A stretch of DNA of 64,000 nucleotides, from assembly GCF_036321535.1 (NCBI RefSeq), contig NC_087436.1, positions 120,654,001 to 120,718,000 on the forward strand, given 5' to 3'. Source of the DNA: Camelus dromedarius. Its lineage: Eukaryota. The notes below the pieces were generated by a model that worked only from the letters and a program-made list of their open reading frames with translations, ran no database searches and was not told the origin of the DNA. The translations under genes and the position numbers were made by a program. Within the stretch, counting starts at the first letter, position 1; each line of letters begins with the position of its first letter. Below are positions 50,040 through 61,041 of the stretch, in pieces.

Positions 50040-50540
50040 AATGGGTATTAGGAATGGATTGCTTGATTAAATCTTGTCTGAATTATCAGGTACATAATAA
50101 GAAAAGTGTTAGCTTTGCCTGCAGAGCTGAGCCGTCACTCCGTGTGGTTAATCTTCATCTAAAAGAGACCAGATACTTCTCGGTGGCAATTGAAAAGCAG
50201 CATTTTTCTTATTTAAGATGATTGGAATGACAGATGCATAAATCATAACGTATGAACTTCTCCCGTAACTCTGACTCCTCCTGATGCTAAACATTTGTTC
50301 CAATTTCTTGACACCCGCTGCACGTGAAAGAGGCTTAACAGACAGGCTTGTGCTAATTCGGGTCTTTTATAAAATGTTAATATTGCCTTGTGCTGTCTTG
50401 AAACTAGACGGTCAAGAAACTTAAATGAGAGGTGATTGAAAAGCTCTGATTTACTCGATATTTTATGGCATGTGATCACTGCTTTGGGGCTTCTTCTAGA
50501 TTCTTATAAAGAAAATAGAACGGCTTGGTCAATGATCTGG
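50040..50540. promoter_or_regulatory. Candidate TALE/HOX enhancer
   Basis: TGATTGG, then TGACAG (50228-50233) 3 bp from CATAAATCA (50237-50245). CACGTG, TGATTTAC, TTTTATGG (50461-50468). Unique AT-rich sequence. Confidence 0.45.
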
Positions 50541-52599
50541 GTGATTTTTTTTTGATTTTTTTGTTTTATATTTGATTGCTTACTTCTCGTTTTTTTCAAG
50601 GTCACAAAACTGACACGTAACTGCCCTGGAGGAGTACAGCTTAAGATTATAATCAAAAATATGAAAAACACGTTACTTTATTAGAATATTTGTCATAACA
50701 GTGAAAACAACTGGAAATAGCTCATATTTCAGAGCATCATTCAACCATTCCAAAATTACATCTATGAGGCACTAAAAACAATAGGGAAACTCATGGACAG
50801 GTTACAAGCTGTGCATGTATTATGGTGTCATTGTAAAAACTCACGTGTAGGGAAAAAGTCTGGAAGGAAACACTAAAATCCATATTTGCAGAAACATCGA
50901 CGGATGGTGGTGGTTTTCCCTCTTCCGGCTTCTGTAAGTGTACCTGGGGGAAGGGATGCGGGCCGAGTCTGTCCTCGCGGGGGACATGTGGCCTTGGCTG
51001 ACCCATCTTCTCTCGGACCCAGCTGAGTGTTCCACACCAGAACCACCCCCCTAGAAAATGTGAGGAAACGATGCATCTGCGTTTGCTCGATGTCACCTGG
51101 GGGTGATGATTATCCAGGCTTCTTGGAGGAGAGGGCGCTGGGGATGCGCTGAGCCCACTGCAGATGGAACAGCGTTGAGATGGTCACTTGCAGGAAACAG
51201 GAGCCAAGCTGGTCAACCAGCAGCTTCAGGCGCCCCTCCAGTGCGCCAGCCACCTGGCACCGGGCAGAACCCTCCTCCGGTAAGCGTAGGTCCTGGGCTC
51301 AGGGACGCCCACCTACCGCTCCTCTCTTTGTAAATGAGGAGGCTGCACTTTTCCACTGCCTGTATCCCGGATTCTGGGAGCCACCCAACTTGAGTTAAAA
51401 AGCTGACTCTTGTGGAGAAGGACTCGGAGGAAGGATGCGGAGGGGCAGTGACTGCTGGGGCCCCTTTGGGCTGGCCTCGAGCCCGTGGGGCAGTGTGGGC
51501 AGAGGACAGCTGGACAGGAGATGGGCACACTCAGCCCGTGTCCTGAGCCAGGGCCCCCAGGCCGAACCATTACCCCTAGATCAGCCCTCCGGGCACCGAG
51601 GCACCGACATGTGGCGCTGGCTCTGCCCTGGGGTTGGGCGTGTCCCCGGTTCCTCTGACCTTCCGCTTTCTTATCCCCAGGCACGGAGATTGGGCCAAGC
51701 AGGACTGATGACACACACTTCACAGAGGCAGAAACAGGCTGCGGAGGGGTGGAGGGGCATGGAGAGCCCTGGCAGGTCCCACGGGCATAGACTGCAGAGC
51801 GCCTCCCAGGGCACCCCCACACATCAGGGGGTGCTCTGCGGCAGGGCTCGGGTCTCTGTGACTCCAGTGCAAGCCATGGGGGGCCTCTCTGGGGCCACGC
51901 CAAGGGGACAGTGCAAGCACAGGGATGACACCTCGCAGGGAGCGGGGAGAAGAGGTGGTGCGACAATCCTGCGCTGTGCCCTTGAGTTCTGCTACGTCCA
52001 TCCCAGCTTGGAGGGTGAGAAAGTGAGGAACCCGCCAGGGTGCAGTGAACCGGGTCCTTCCAGAAGGGTGAGCAGAGACCAGGAGGGGAGAGAACAAAGC
52101 CAGGACTGGAGTCACAGCCTCCTGACTCCCGGTCCAGTGCTCCCCGCCACATCCCTACTGCAGTCTGGGGGTGATGGCTGTGGGCCAATCTCGGACAATG
52201 GAAAGATCCAGAAGCTGGGCCTGGAGGGAACAGAAGAGCTCAGGGCGGGGTTTAAATGCCTCCTCTTGTTGGAGGGGCTTCCCTGCCCTGGGGGACACCC
52301 AATACCCCACACTGGGCACATGTGTTTGACAGAGCTTTACTGGGACATAAACTTAGCCCGAGGGACACTGCACGTGCCCGGGGCAGGCTGGGAGAAGAGA
52401 GCCCCAGCTGGGCTGTGGGAGGGGCTGTGGAGGACCCAGAGGGTGGGGTGCCCCTGGGTCCCGCGGGGATGTGATGGGCGAGTGGGGAACAGAAGCCTTC
52501 TTCTCAGGGGAAGCAGGTGGGGGCCCCTGGCCCCCAAGATGAGGAGGGAGCAGGATGGGGAGGGGACCTGCAGCCAGGCCACGCAGAAGCCTTGATTTA

Positions 52600-53300
52600 G
52601 GCCCTGCAGGCTCCGCAGGAGTGACCAGGGGTGGCCCGGAGGAGAAGGGAGAAGCCGGCCAGGGGGCGGGCAGGGGTGGGGGAGGAGGGGTCTCCCTGGG
52701 GAAGGACAGCACGTGGGCGCCAAGGCCAGAGCCAGGAGGGGGCTGTGGGCCGGGCGAGGGCACAGGGGGAGGCAGGGCCGGCCGGCGGACCTGCAGCTGG
52801 ACTCCCTGTGGCCCGAGTGCCCGGCGTGGCCCGCGGTTCGGCCGCCAGGTGTGGTGGAAGGGCCGGCCGGCGGAGCCCTGTCTCGGAGGGTCTGTGAGCA
52901 AGAGCAGGCCCCGCTGAGCCCGGCCGCCTGCGCCTAATGAGAGCCAGGTGGGGCCACACCTCGCCCGTCGGGCAGCACCTCGCCGCTTTGATCAGGGATA
53001 AGGGCCTAAGTGTTCCCAGGACCCCTGCCCTCCCCCACAGCCGCTGCGCCGGACGCCACTTCCCTTTCAAAGCCACCTCTCGTCGCTGCCCCGGGGCGGA
53101 CGGAGTGAGTCCCGGCTCCCTGGGAGCCGCCCAGCAGCGCTGTGATCCATCCCCGTGTGCCCCAGACACACAGGTCCGCCCGACGCCACCCACTCGGGAT
53201 GCAGACCAGACAGAGAAATCCTTGTAAGGTCCCCTCCGGGGGACCAGACCCAGGGCTCTGGTCACCGACCAGCCTCGCCGGACCACCGTCAGCCTTCTGG
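52600..53300. other. GC/CpG-rich island-like segment
   Basis: Dense CpG and GC boxes (GGGGGCGGG, CCGGCCGGCGG). No associated exon identified. Confidence 0.5.
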
Positions 53301-53824
53301 AACGCAGGCCTTCCCTGGGTGTTGTTGGAGACCCTGGGGGAGGCTGGAGGCCTGGAATGGTGCCCCTAAATGGCCCCAACATCACCTTTTCCTGCCACCC
53401 CCTCCTCTCCTCCACCCCTTCCCTTCTCTTCTGTTTTATTTTGGTTGCTTTTCTCAATTTAAGAAATGGACCTTAAAAGTCAGCTTTCTCCGGCACAAAG
53501 CAGGGGGAGGCGGTGTGGGATGGCGGGGCCCTGGCCTGGATGTGGCAGGACGGGGGTGCAGGGCACAGCTGCAGGACGGCCTGGGGACACGCACTGCTCC
53601 GGTGCCTCGGCCAGAGGGGGAGACCTGGTCTGCAGGACCCGCTGGCAGGCGTGGGATGCCCGAGGCAGCCCCTGGGCTCTGTGTCCTGTCTGTGCGTGCA
53701 CGCAACCCCCTCCCCCGACCTGAGGACGTGGCGTGGGACGGGAGGGCGCAGCGCTGCTGCGGGGTGCCATGTGCACGGCTGCAGTGGCGCTCACTGCGGC
53801 TGAGGTGCTCTGTGCGGTGGCCGC

Positions 53825-54020
53825 CAGCACGGATGTTAGAGCCAGACAGCCTGAGTTAGACCCGGCCTGTCACCTCCGGCCACATGACTTGGGAGGTCAC
53901 TCTCCCCCTACAGCCCACTCACTCCTCTCTGAACTCAGTGTCCCTCACAGCGTGGGTGAGAGGTCAGTGTAGATGTGTTCCCTGGGCCTAACAGCACCAG
54001 CTTAAGTACTGCTGTTATCA
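53825..54020 (+). mobile_element. MIR SINE
   Basis: AGAGCCAGACAGCCTGAGTT..ATGACTTGGG..CTCTCTGAACTCAGT. Confidence 0.65.
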
Positions 54021-54334
54021 CTGTCACTGTCAGCAGCATGAGGCACAGGGCCCCTGCTGGCTTAGAGCAGGCCCGACGTGTGTTGAATGACTAAAAGACC
54101 TGACATCTGCCCTGGGGAGATCCCAGATTAAACACGGGCTCCCGCAGCTGCCGCTGCAGCCAGAGGCCCCCCTGTCCTGGGCAGCGCCTCTCGCGGGAGG
54201 CTCAGGGTGAAGCCACGCCCCCTCGGCCCACCCCGCGCTCCCCTCTCCCAGCGGTTCATCAGGTGTCGTGGTCACTACACACATGGACGCAGGCAGCGCA
54301 GGAAGCGCGTGTGCCGGTGTGTGAGAGAGGAAAG

Positions 54335-54452
54335 AGGGAGGAAGAGGGCAGATAAAGCAACGTGACAAGTGTTAACATTTGGGGAATCTGAGTGAAGGGC
54401 ACACAGGAATTCTTCGTAGTTTTCCCGCAACCGTTCCCTATGTCTGAAATTG
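54335..54452 (+). mobile_element. Old L1M 3' terminus fragment
   Basis: GATAAAGCAACGTGACAAGTGTTAACATTTGGGGAATCTGAGTGAAGGG..GGAATTCTT..TGTCTGAAATT. Confidence 0.75.
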
Positions 54453-54789
54453 GCCAGTGAGAGCTGACAGTCAGACAGCCCAGGGGGTCCGGTCTGCAGA
54501 CCACACGGCGGCCGGCACGGAGGGCAGCAGCCCAGAGGCAGCTCTGCAGCCCAGGCCTGAGCTCTGCAGCCCGGCCGCGGCCCCCCACCTCGGGGCTGAG
54601 TGTCAGGCAGGAACGCTGGGGTCCGGAAAGACTGCTGGGCAGGCTGTTGTTTTAATCAAGAGAGAACCAGACGAAGTAAACCATCCATCCTCTTCCAATA
54701 GTGGCCCGTTTACGGCTCATTTTCCTACATCTGGATTAGAGAGTTGTTTTGAGGGCAATGTTTCTGTGTCAACTAAATGTTTGCCTTTT

Positions 54790-55075
54790 TGAGGGTCCCT
54801 TCCTCCAGGAAGCCTTCCCTGATGCCCTTAGACTGAGTGAGGTGTCTTCTCTGGGCTTTCACAGGCCCCCCAGGCCTCCCTCTGTTGCAACTCTTATTTC
54901 ACTGTGCAGGCATCGACCATTCCTGGACCAGGAGCATGCGTGTGTGTGTGTGTACATGTGTGTGATGTGTATGTATGTGTGTGTACGTGTTTCCCTGGCA
55001 TGATCCCAAAGTTTAGAATAATTTCTGATAAACAATAGGTGTTCAATTACTATTTGTTGAATGGATGAATGAATA
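54790..55075 (+). mobile_element. L2 3' end
   Basis: CCTTCCTCCAGGAAGCCTTCCCTGA..TAGGTGTTCAATTACTATTTGTTGAATGGATGAATGAA. Confidence 0.8.
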
Positions 55076-55157
55076 ACTGTAGGTTATTCTTACGTCTATT
55101 AGCTTATTTAATTTTTAGGAAGAAGGCCCAAGATGCCACAGCTCTGAGTCCTACCTG

Positions 55158-55580
55158 TGTACCAGTCCCCTAGAGCTGCTACAGCCAATAACCACCAACC
55201 GGACGGCCTAAAGCAACAGATACTCCTCTCCCTGGTCTGAGGCCAGAGTCTGAAATCAAGTGTCTGCAGGGTTGGTTCCCTCTGGGGGCTGAGGAGGAAC
55301 CCCTCACGGCCCAGGCCCCCTCCCGGCTCTGGTGGCTCAGTAATCCTTGGCTTGTACGTGCATCACCCCACTCTGCCCCTGTTGTCACACAGCTTCCCCC
55401 TGTGTGTCTGCGTGTCCCTCTTCTTGTAATAAGGTCATTGGACTGAGGGCCACCCACTCTAGTAAGACCTCGCCCTAACTAATTACACCCGCGAAGACCC
55501 TGCTTGCACATAAGGCCACCTGTCGGGTGTGGGCTTAGGGCGTGGATGCCTCCTTTTGGGGGCTCTGGCTAGCCCACTAC
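55158..55580 (-). mobile_element. MaLR solo LTR, MLT1C-like
   Basis: TGTACCAGTCCCCTAGAGCTGCTA, GTCTGAAATCAAGTGTCTGCAGGGTTGGTTCC, GTCATTGGACTGAGGGCCAC. Near-TSD ACCTG/TCCTG. Confidence 0.88.
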
Positions 55581-56289
55581 TCCTGTCCTCCGGCTCTGGG
55601 TGGGAGCGGTTCTCGTGGGCGTGCGTGAAGCTGCTTGGCTGGGGTGGGGGGCCCATCACACCAGCCCGGCCTTCAGGATGCAGGATTCGGGGGTGCACGC
55701 CTGGCTGAGCCGCTTTCTGGAAGGAGTGAGGCCATAAGGCTGTACCTCTTCCTGCCGCTGGGGACGGCCTGGCAGACCCTGGACATGAGGACATTTACAA
55801 ATGAGCATAAAGCAGGCCTCCCCTCCCAGCAGGCCACAGAAAGCCAACTGCTGGTTTGACCCACTGGAGAGCCATCATTGCTCAAGAAGCCAGACCTGGG
55901 TCCCACTGCCCACACGAACAGAGATTCCATTCCTGCCCATGACCCTTGGGGTGGAAGCTTCAGGAGCACAGAGGGTGAGGGCTTCTGGCTTAAACCCTAC
56001 CCCAGGGCCCACAGGAGAGACCTGGGACTTGGTCGGAGCTGTAAGCACTGAAGGCTTCCTGGAGGAGGTGATGGTGCACTGAGGCCCAGGGAGGAGGAGG
56101 GACTGGCCAGATGGACATGGATGGGAGTTTGGGTATGAGGAGGGAGGGGAAAGGCTCCAGCAAAGACCTGGAGGAGAGATCACTCAGCGGCCATCGCTCC
56201 AGCGCCTGCCATGTGTCAGGGGCTGAGTTACCCCCTGGAGGACTGCTGGTATAATTCGGGCCTTCTCCCCAGATTCCTGCCTCCCGTGT

Positions 56290-56560
56290 GTACTCAGGTA
56301 CCCTGGGCTGGCCCTGCAGCAGCAGTCCTCAGGGTCTGCAGTCAGGTTACTGGGGGCTGACCTGAAATGCCAGGTCTGTGAGCCAGGGGCCACCTGCGCT
56401 CACTTGTGCTTGGGGGGGTGCTCCTGGGGTGGAATCAGGGGCTCTCCCCACCTCCCCTACTGTGGGACTCATTTTACCTTAATCCCCTCTTGAAAGACTC
56501 GATCTCCAAAAACAGTCACATTCTGAGGTGATGGGGGTTAGGACTTCCACATAGGAACTG
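56290..56560 (-). mobile_element. MLT1B-like LTR fragment
   Basis: CTCATTTTACCTTAATC..TCTCCAAAAACAGTCACATTCTGAGGT..GGGGGTTAGGACTTC. Confidence 0.75.
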
Positions 56561-56562
56561 TT

Positions 56563-57371
56563 CTTTAAATTCTTATTTTGTTTTTTATTGAAGTGTAGTC
56601 ATTTTACAATGTTAGTTTCAGGTGCACAGCAAAGCGATTAAGTTGAACATACACATATATATTTTTTTTCAGATTCTTGTCCATTATAGCTCATTACAAG
56701 GTATTAAATATAGTCCACTGTGCTATACAACAGGTCCTTGTTGTTTATCTATTTTATATATAGTAGTGCATATGTGTTAATCCCAAACTCCTAACTTATC
56801 CCTCCACTCTCCCCTTCCTCCGATCATCACAAGTTTGTTTTCTATGTCTGAGAGTCTGTTTCAGTTTTGTAAATTAGTTCATTTGTCTCATTTTTTTATA
56901 TTACACATATAAGTGATATCATATGGTATTTTTCTTTCTGGCTTACTTCACTTAGTATGACAATCTTCAGGTCCATCCATGTTGCTGCAAATGACATTAT
57001 TTTATTCTTTTTTATGGCTGAGTAATATTCCATTATATTTTATTTATATATGTGTATATATACACCACATCTTCTTTATCCGGTCCTCTGCTGTTGGACA
57101 TTTAGGCTGTCTCCATGTCTTGGCTGTTGTAAATAGTGCTGCTGTGAACATTGGGGTGTGTGTATCTTTTCAAATTAGAGTTTCCTTTAGACATATGCCC
57201 AGGAGTGGGGTTGCTGGGTCATATGATAAGTCTAATTTTATTTTTTTACCAAATCTCCATACTGTTCTCCGTAGTGGCTGCACCAAATTACAATCCCACC
57301 AACAGTGTAGGAAGGTTCCCTTTTCTCCCCACCCTCTCCAGCATTTGCCGTTTGTGGACTTTTTAGTGACG
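56563..57371 (-). mobile_element. Cetartiodactyl/camelid L1 3' end including the ORF2 Cys-rich terminus
   Basis: ORF 57170-57376 gives [35 protein letters not shown]. The 3' UTR and T-tail begin at 56563. Confidence 0.92.
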
Positions 57372-57489
57372 ACCATTAATTTGTTCTCTGTACCTGTGAG
57401 TCTGCTTCTTTCTTGTTGTGTTCACTAGTTGTTGTATTTTTAGGTGCCACATCTCAGTAATATCACACAGGATTTGTCCTTCTCTGGCT

Positions 57490-58360
57490 CGTTCATGTTG
57501 TTGAGAAACTATCACCTTTTCCAAAACTTCTTCATCTTCCCAAGCTGAAACTCTGTCCTCGTTAAATCATAACCCCTCCACCCCCCCTCCCCCAGCCTCT
57601 GGCACCTCGATTACCTTCTGTCTCTATGAATTTGATTTCTGTCGGTACCTCTCGTAAGTGGAATTGTAACCCACGGAAGCCACGGGTCCCTAAGCTGCAC
57701 CTAAACTCTCTCTATAAAACACACGCACACCTGCCGTCAGCAAAAAGGCAGGGAAGCCCCGTTCCTAAAATAACCTCCCTTCATGCAAATCTGCAGAAAA
57801 CCAAGACTGACCGTGTCTTCTGCTGTGTTGGCCCAGTGGCAGCGAGAGGGCTTTGCCACTAGAAACTGACAGGCTGGCTGGACTGCAAAACTGGGACAAA
57901 GGTTGCACTACGGCTCATTGTCATCTCATCTTAATGCTAAGATCCCCACTCAGTTGGCGCCTTGTTGGTTCGACCCTCTTCTGACCCAGACCCCGCAGGA
58001 CCATAAAGGGGCAGGAAAGAGGTGCAGACCCTGTTCCGGGAAACTGCCCCCCGTTTCCGTGAACGGAAGTGACAACGGCCCGTGCCCCATCCCCGCCCTC
58101 TAGCGCTTTCCCTGCGAAAGCTGGTCCTGCCCCGCGCTCGGGGGGAAGTGCTCTTCGAGCATGAGCTCCCCCTTCTCCGTTCCTTGGCCAGCGAAGACAG
58201 TTTCTGTCCGCTGCTGCAAGTCGGGATTTCACCCTGTTAATGTGAACGACAGCCGGGTAGGGAGGAGCCAAAGGAAAGGCCGGTGACAGCCACACGGGGC
58301 TGGTCGCCGGGCCTGGCTTCTCCCACCCAGCATCACGTGCTCAAGGTCCCCCCGTGGGGC
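57490..58360 (-). mobile_element. L1MB-like fragment split by an LTR
   Basis: TTCATCTTCCCAAGCTGAAACTCTGT..TGTCTCTATGAATTTGA..TAAGTGGAAT stops at 57664 and resumes at about 58289 (CTGGCTT..CAGCATCACGTGCTCAAGGT). Confidence 0.75.
57665..58288 (+). mobile_element. ERV1 solo LTR, MER41-like
   Basis: Ends TGTAAC..GTGACA interrupt an L1. AAAACCAAGA, GGCGCC and CCGGTGACA blocks plus tandem TTCCGGGAA-N12-TTCCGTGAA resemble the MER41B layout as I recall it. Confidence 0.75.
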
Positions 58361-58578
58361 CGCCCGGGGTGCTGCCGGTTTCTGCGTCCTGCCCTACGCT
58401 GTATTCTGGGACTGGGGGCACAACAGTGGGACACTCTGTGGGAGGAACTGGACCGAGACTCCCTCTGTCCCCTGACTTCCCTATGTCCCCACCCAGACCT
58501 GTGGCCCATGGTGGCCTTTGGGTCCCTAGGGATTAACATCAGCTCACAGCCATTATGTCGCAGCCCTCAGAAGGCTGA

Positions 58579-58932
58579 TGTGGTGGTTGATTTTAACTTA
58601 ACTGGGCCACGGGGTTAACATGATTCTGGATGTGTCCACGAGGGAGTTTCAGGATGAGATTAGCAATGGCTCAGGAGACAGCGTCCCCCATGTGGGTGGG
58701 CCTCATCCCATCAGCTGAAGGCCAGACTAGAGCAAAAAGACCACGTGAGAAGGGCTTGGTGTGCCTGACTGCTGAGCTGGGACATCTGATTCCCTCGCAC
58801 CGGGGACCAGAGCTTCCACCTCGGTGCTCCTGGTTCTCAGCCTCCAGAATTGCGTGAGCCAACCCCTTATAGTGAGTCTCTGCGTCCCTCCGTCCGAGCG
58901 GCCCTGTTTCTCCAAAGAACCTAGATGGTACA
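58579..58932 (+). mobile_element. ERVL solo LTR, MLT2-like
   Basis: TGTGGTGGTTGATTTT, GGATGAGATTAGCA, ATGTGGGTGGGCCTCATCC..GAAGGCC, CCTCCAGAATTGCGTGAGCCAA, CTGTTTCTCCAAAGAACC..TACA. Degenerate TSD GCTGA/GCCGG. Confidence 0.88.
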
Positions 58933-59059
58933 GCCGGAGCTGTCCTGCTCCCCAGCACTCGTCCCCCAGTAGGAACCCAGGTCCTGCTGGGAGGGGTGGG
59001 AGGGTCAGGGGAAGCGCCAGCCGCACTGCAGCCTCCCGAGCCAGGCCTCTGCTCGCCCG

Positions 59060-59480
59060 GCCTGGAGCTTTCCCACTTACGGACTGACGAATATTTATCT
59101 GGGAGACGACCCCGAAGTACATTGTGGGCGTGGGGCAGCGAGGTGGGGAAGGGACGGAAGCTAAGAAAGGTGGGTTGATGGGGAAGTTCCCGCTGTGGAC
59201 AGCCGGACGCAGCCCCGCTGGGGGACCTCGGAGAGACCGCACGGAACACTCTGCAGGGCCTCCCTGCGTGGGGTACTGAATCACCAGCTCCCCATCGCTG
59301 ACGGAAGGTCGCTCCTGGGGGAGTGAACTCCCTGGTGTTTCTGTTCTACGTGCGGGCTGAGTTTGCTCCCAGGGCCAGTGAGGAGCCGCAGGGAGAAGGG
59401 GCAGGTGTTCAGGGCAGAGGGCTGTGGGTGTGAACTGTCCCCAAAGAAGGCTGCGGCCTCTGGGCTGGGCAGAGGGGACA
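59060..59480. mobile_element. LTR16-like ancient ERVL LTR fragment
   Basis: TTTATCTGGGAGACGACCCC..GGGAAGGGACGGAAGCTAAGAAAGG..CCGCTGTGGACA..CCCGCTGGGGGACCTC. A similar weak match lies at about 12310-12400. Confidence 0.55.
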
Positions 59481-60695
59481 TGGGGACATGCAGACAGCTG
59501 GTGTTGTCAGCATGAAAAGGGTGAAGGGTTCCGCGTAACAGATTTCTGCCTTCTGCTGGGGGAATAACTCCTTCTGAGGCTCTCCCCTTAAGAGGGTCCC
59601 CCCCACTCTATATGTGGGGGTAGGGGTGGATGTGGGGGTGTGAGTGGGTTTTTCAATTTCTGCCCAAGGGCAGTTCCCAAAACAGAACGACCCCTATAAA
59701 GAGTTCTTCCTTCAGTGCCAAACGTTACAGCCGTGCCACTCATGATCAGAGTGGTCACCTCTGGCCAGTGTGAGGTTCTTCTGAGAACTTAACGAACAAA
59801 GTCACCCGGGGGGAAAATGAACGCTTCCCTTAATGAGTGGCTGTCTGAGAGCCACGGGCCAGTAAGCCTGTGTCATTAATGACAATCAGACTTATTCATT
59901 TGTATTCTGCCTCTTAAAGGAAAATCTATACGTGCAGAGACCATGAGGGAACACCTTGGTGCTTCTCTGCTTCCCAAATCTGCCTAAATTCTTCAGGAGA
60001 CTAGTGAATCTGTCCTGTCCGGAGGGCTTCCATATTGTCCAGACACGTTTCGGAAACAGCAGGAGAGAAAGTCCCGCAGCTGAAAACAGCCGCACGCGAT
60101 GACGCCCTTCCCCGAGGCGGTGCCCTCCGAGCCCGGGCTATGGGGGTGGCGCATGGACATCCAGGGCTTTCCCACGGGGAGCACCGTGCAGGGAGGCTCC
60201 ACCCGAAGTCCCCGGAGCACAGCTCTGAACACACTTAGAGAAGCAGCGCTGGTGCTTCCTAAGGAGGAAAGGCCGCCTGCAGGGCCCCAGGAAAGCAGGC
60301 GTGTCATGAGCTCAGCGACGCCCCAAAACACCTGCAGCCTCACCGCCAAGAGGGATGCCGGGTCCCGGCCCGGCTCCAGAAGACCTCCGCCTGTCCTGCC
60401 TCCCTTCCAACAGGCGTTACTGTGCAGGCACCAGGCTGAGTTCTGGGCACACAGGGAACAACTGAGCACAGGGAACTTACAGTCCAGTGTTCCCCGAGTG
60501 TCAGGCAGAGAGGCCAGCATCTCTGAGATGTCCGAAAGTCTTTCAGAGCAGGTCAAGATGCAGGAGTCACCACGCAGGGCCGTTCTCAGCCTCTACGCCC
60601 TGCTGTGGGCTGGGAGGAGTACAGGATATGGGCCCCAAGGCCTGAGACCAAACCCCACGCCACCACTCACGAGCTGTGGGATCCTGTAATATGGA

Positions 60696-61041
60696 TGCTA
60701 TGGGATGAATGGTGTTCCTCAAAGATGCATATGTTCAGAACCCTAACCCCCAAGACCTCAGAACATGACGGTATTTGGAGAGAGGATTAAGGTAAAATGA
60801 GGTCATTAGGATGGGCCCAGTACAGTATGATATGTGTCTTTGCAAGAGGTCAGGACACAGACACACAGAGGAAGACCCTGTGGGGACACAGGGAGGAGAT
60901 GGCACCGGCCGCCAAGGAGGAGGGCCCAGAGGACCCGGCCCGCCCTCACCCTGATCTCAGTCCCCAGGACTGTGAGAAGATAAATTCTGTAGTTTAAGCC
61001 CCCTGCTTGTGGAAGTTTGTGATTGTGGCCGAGCTAACACA
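60696..61041 (+). mobile_element. MaLR solo LTR, MLT1B-like
   Basis: TGCTATGGGATGAATG, CCCTAACCCCCA, TTAAGGTAAAATGAGGTCATTAGG, GGACACAGACACACAGAGG, CCAGGACTGTGAGAAGATAAATT..CTAACACA. Degenerate TSD ATGGA/GTGGG. Confidence 0.9.

Noticed and set aside
51435..52595. Longest ORF (386 aa, + strand)
   Set aside because: Gly/Arg/Pro/Ser-rich with no recognisable domain. Overlapping long ORFs on the other strand indicate stop-codon scarcity in GC-rich DNA.
52838..52858. CTCF-like CCGCCAGGTGTGG (also CCACCAGGGG at ~11199 and ~43724)
   Set aside because: The 3' GGC core is mismatched, and such partial matches are expected by chance in GC-rich DNA.
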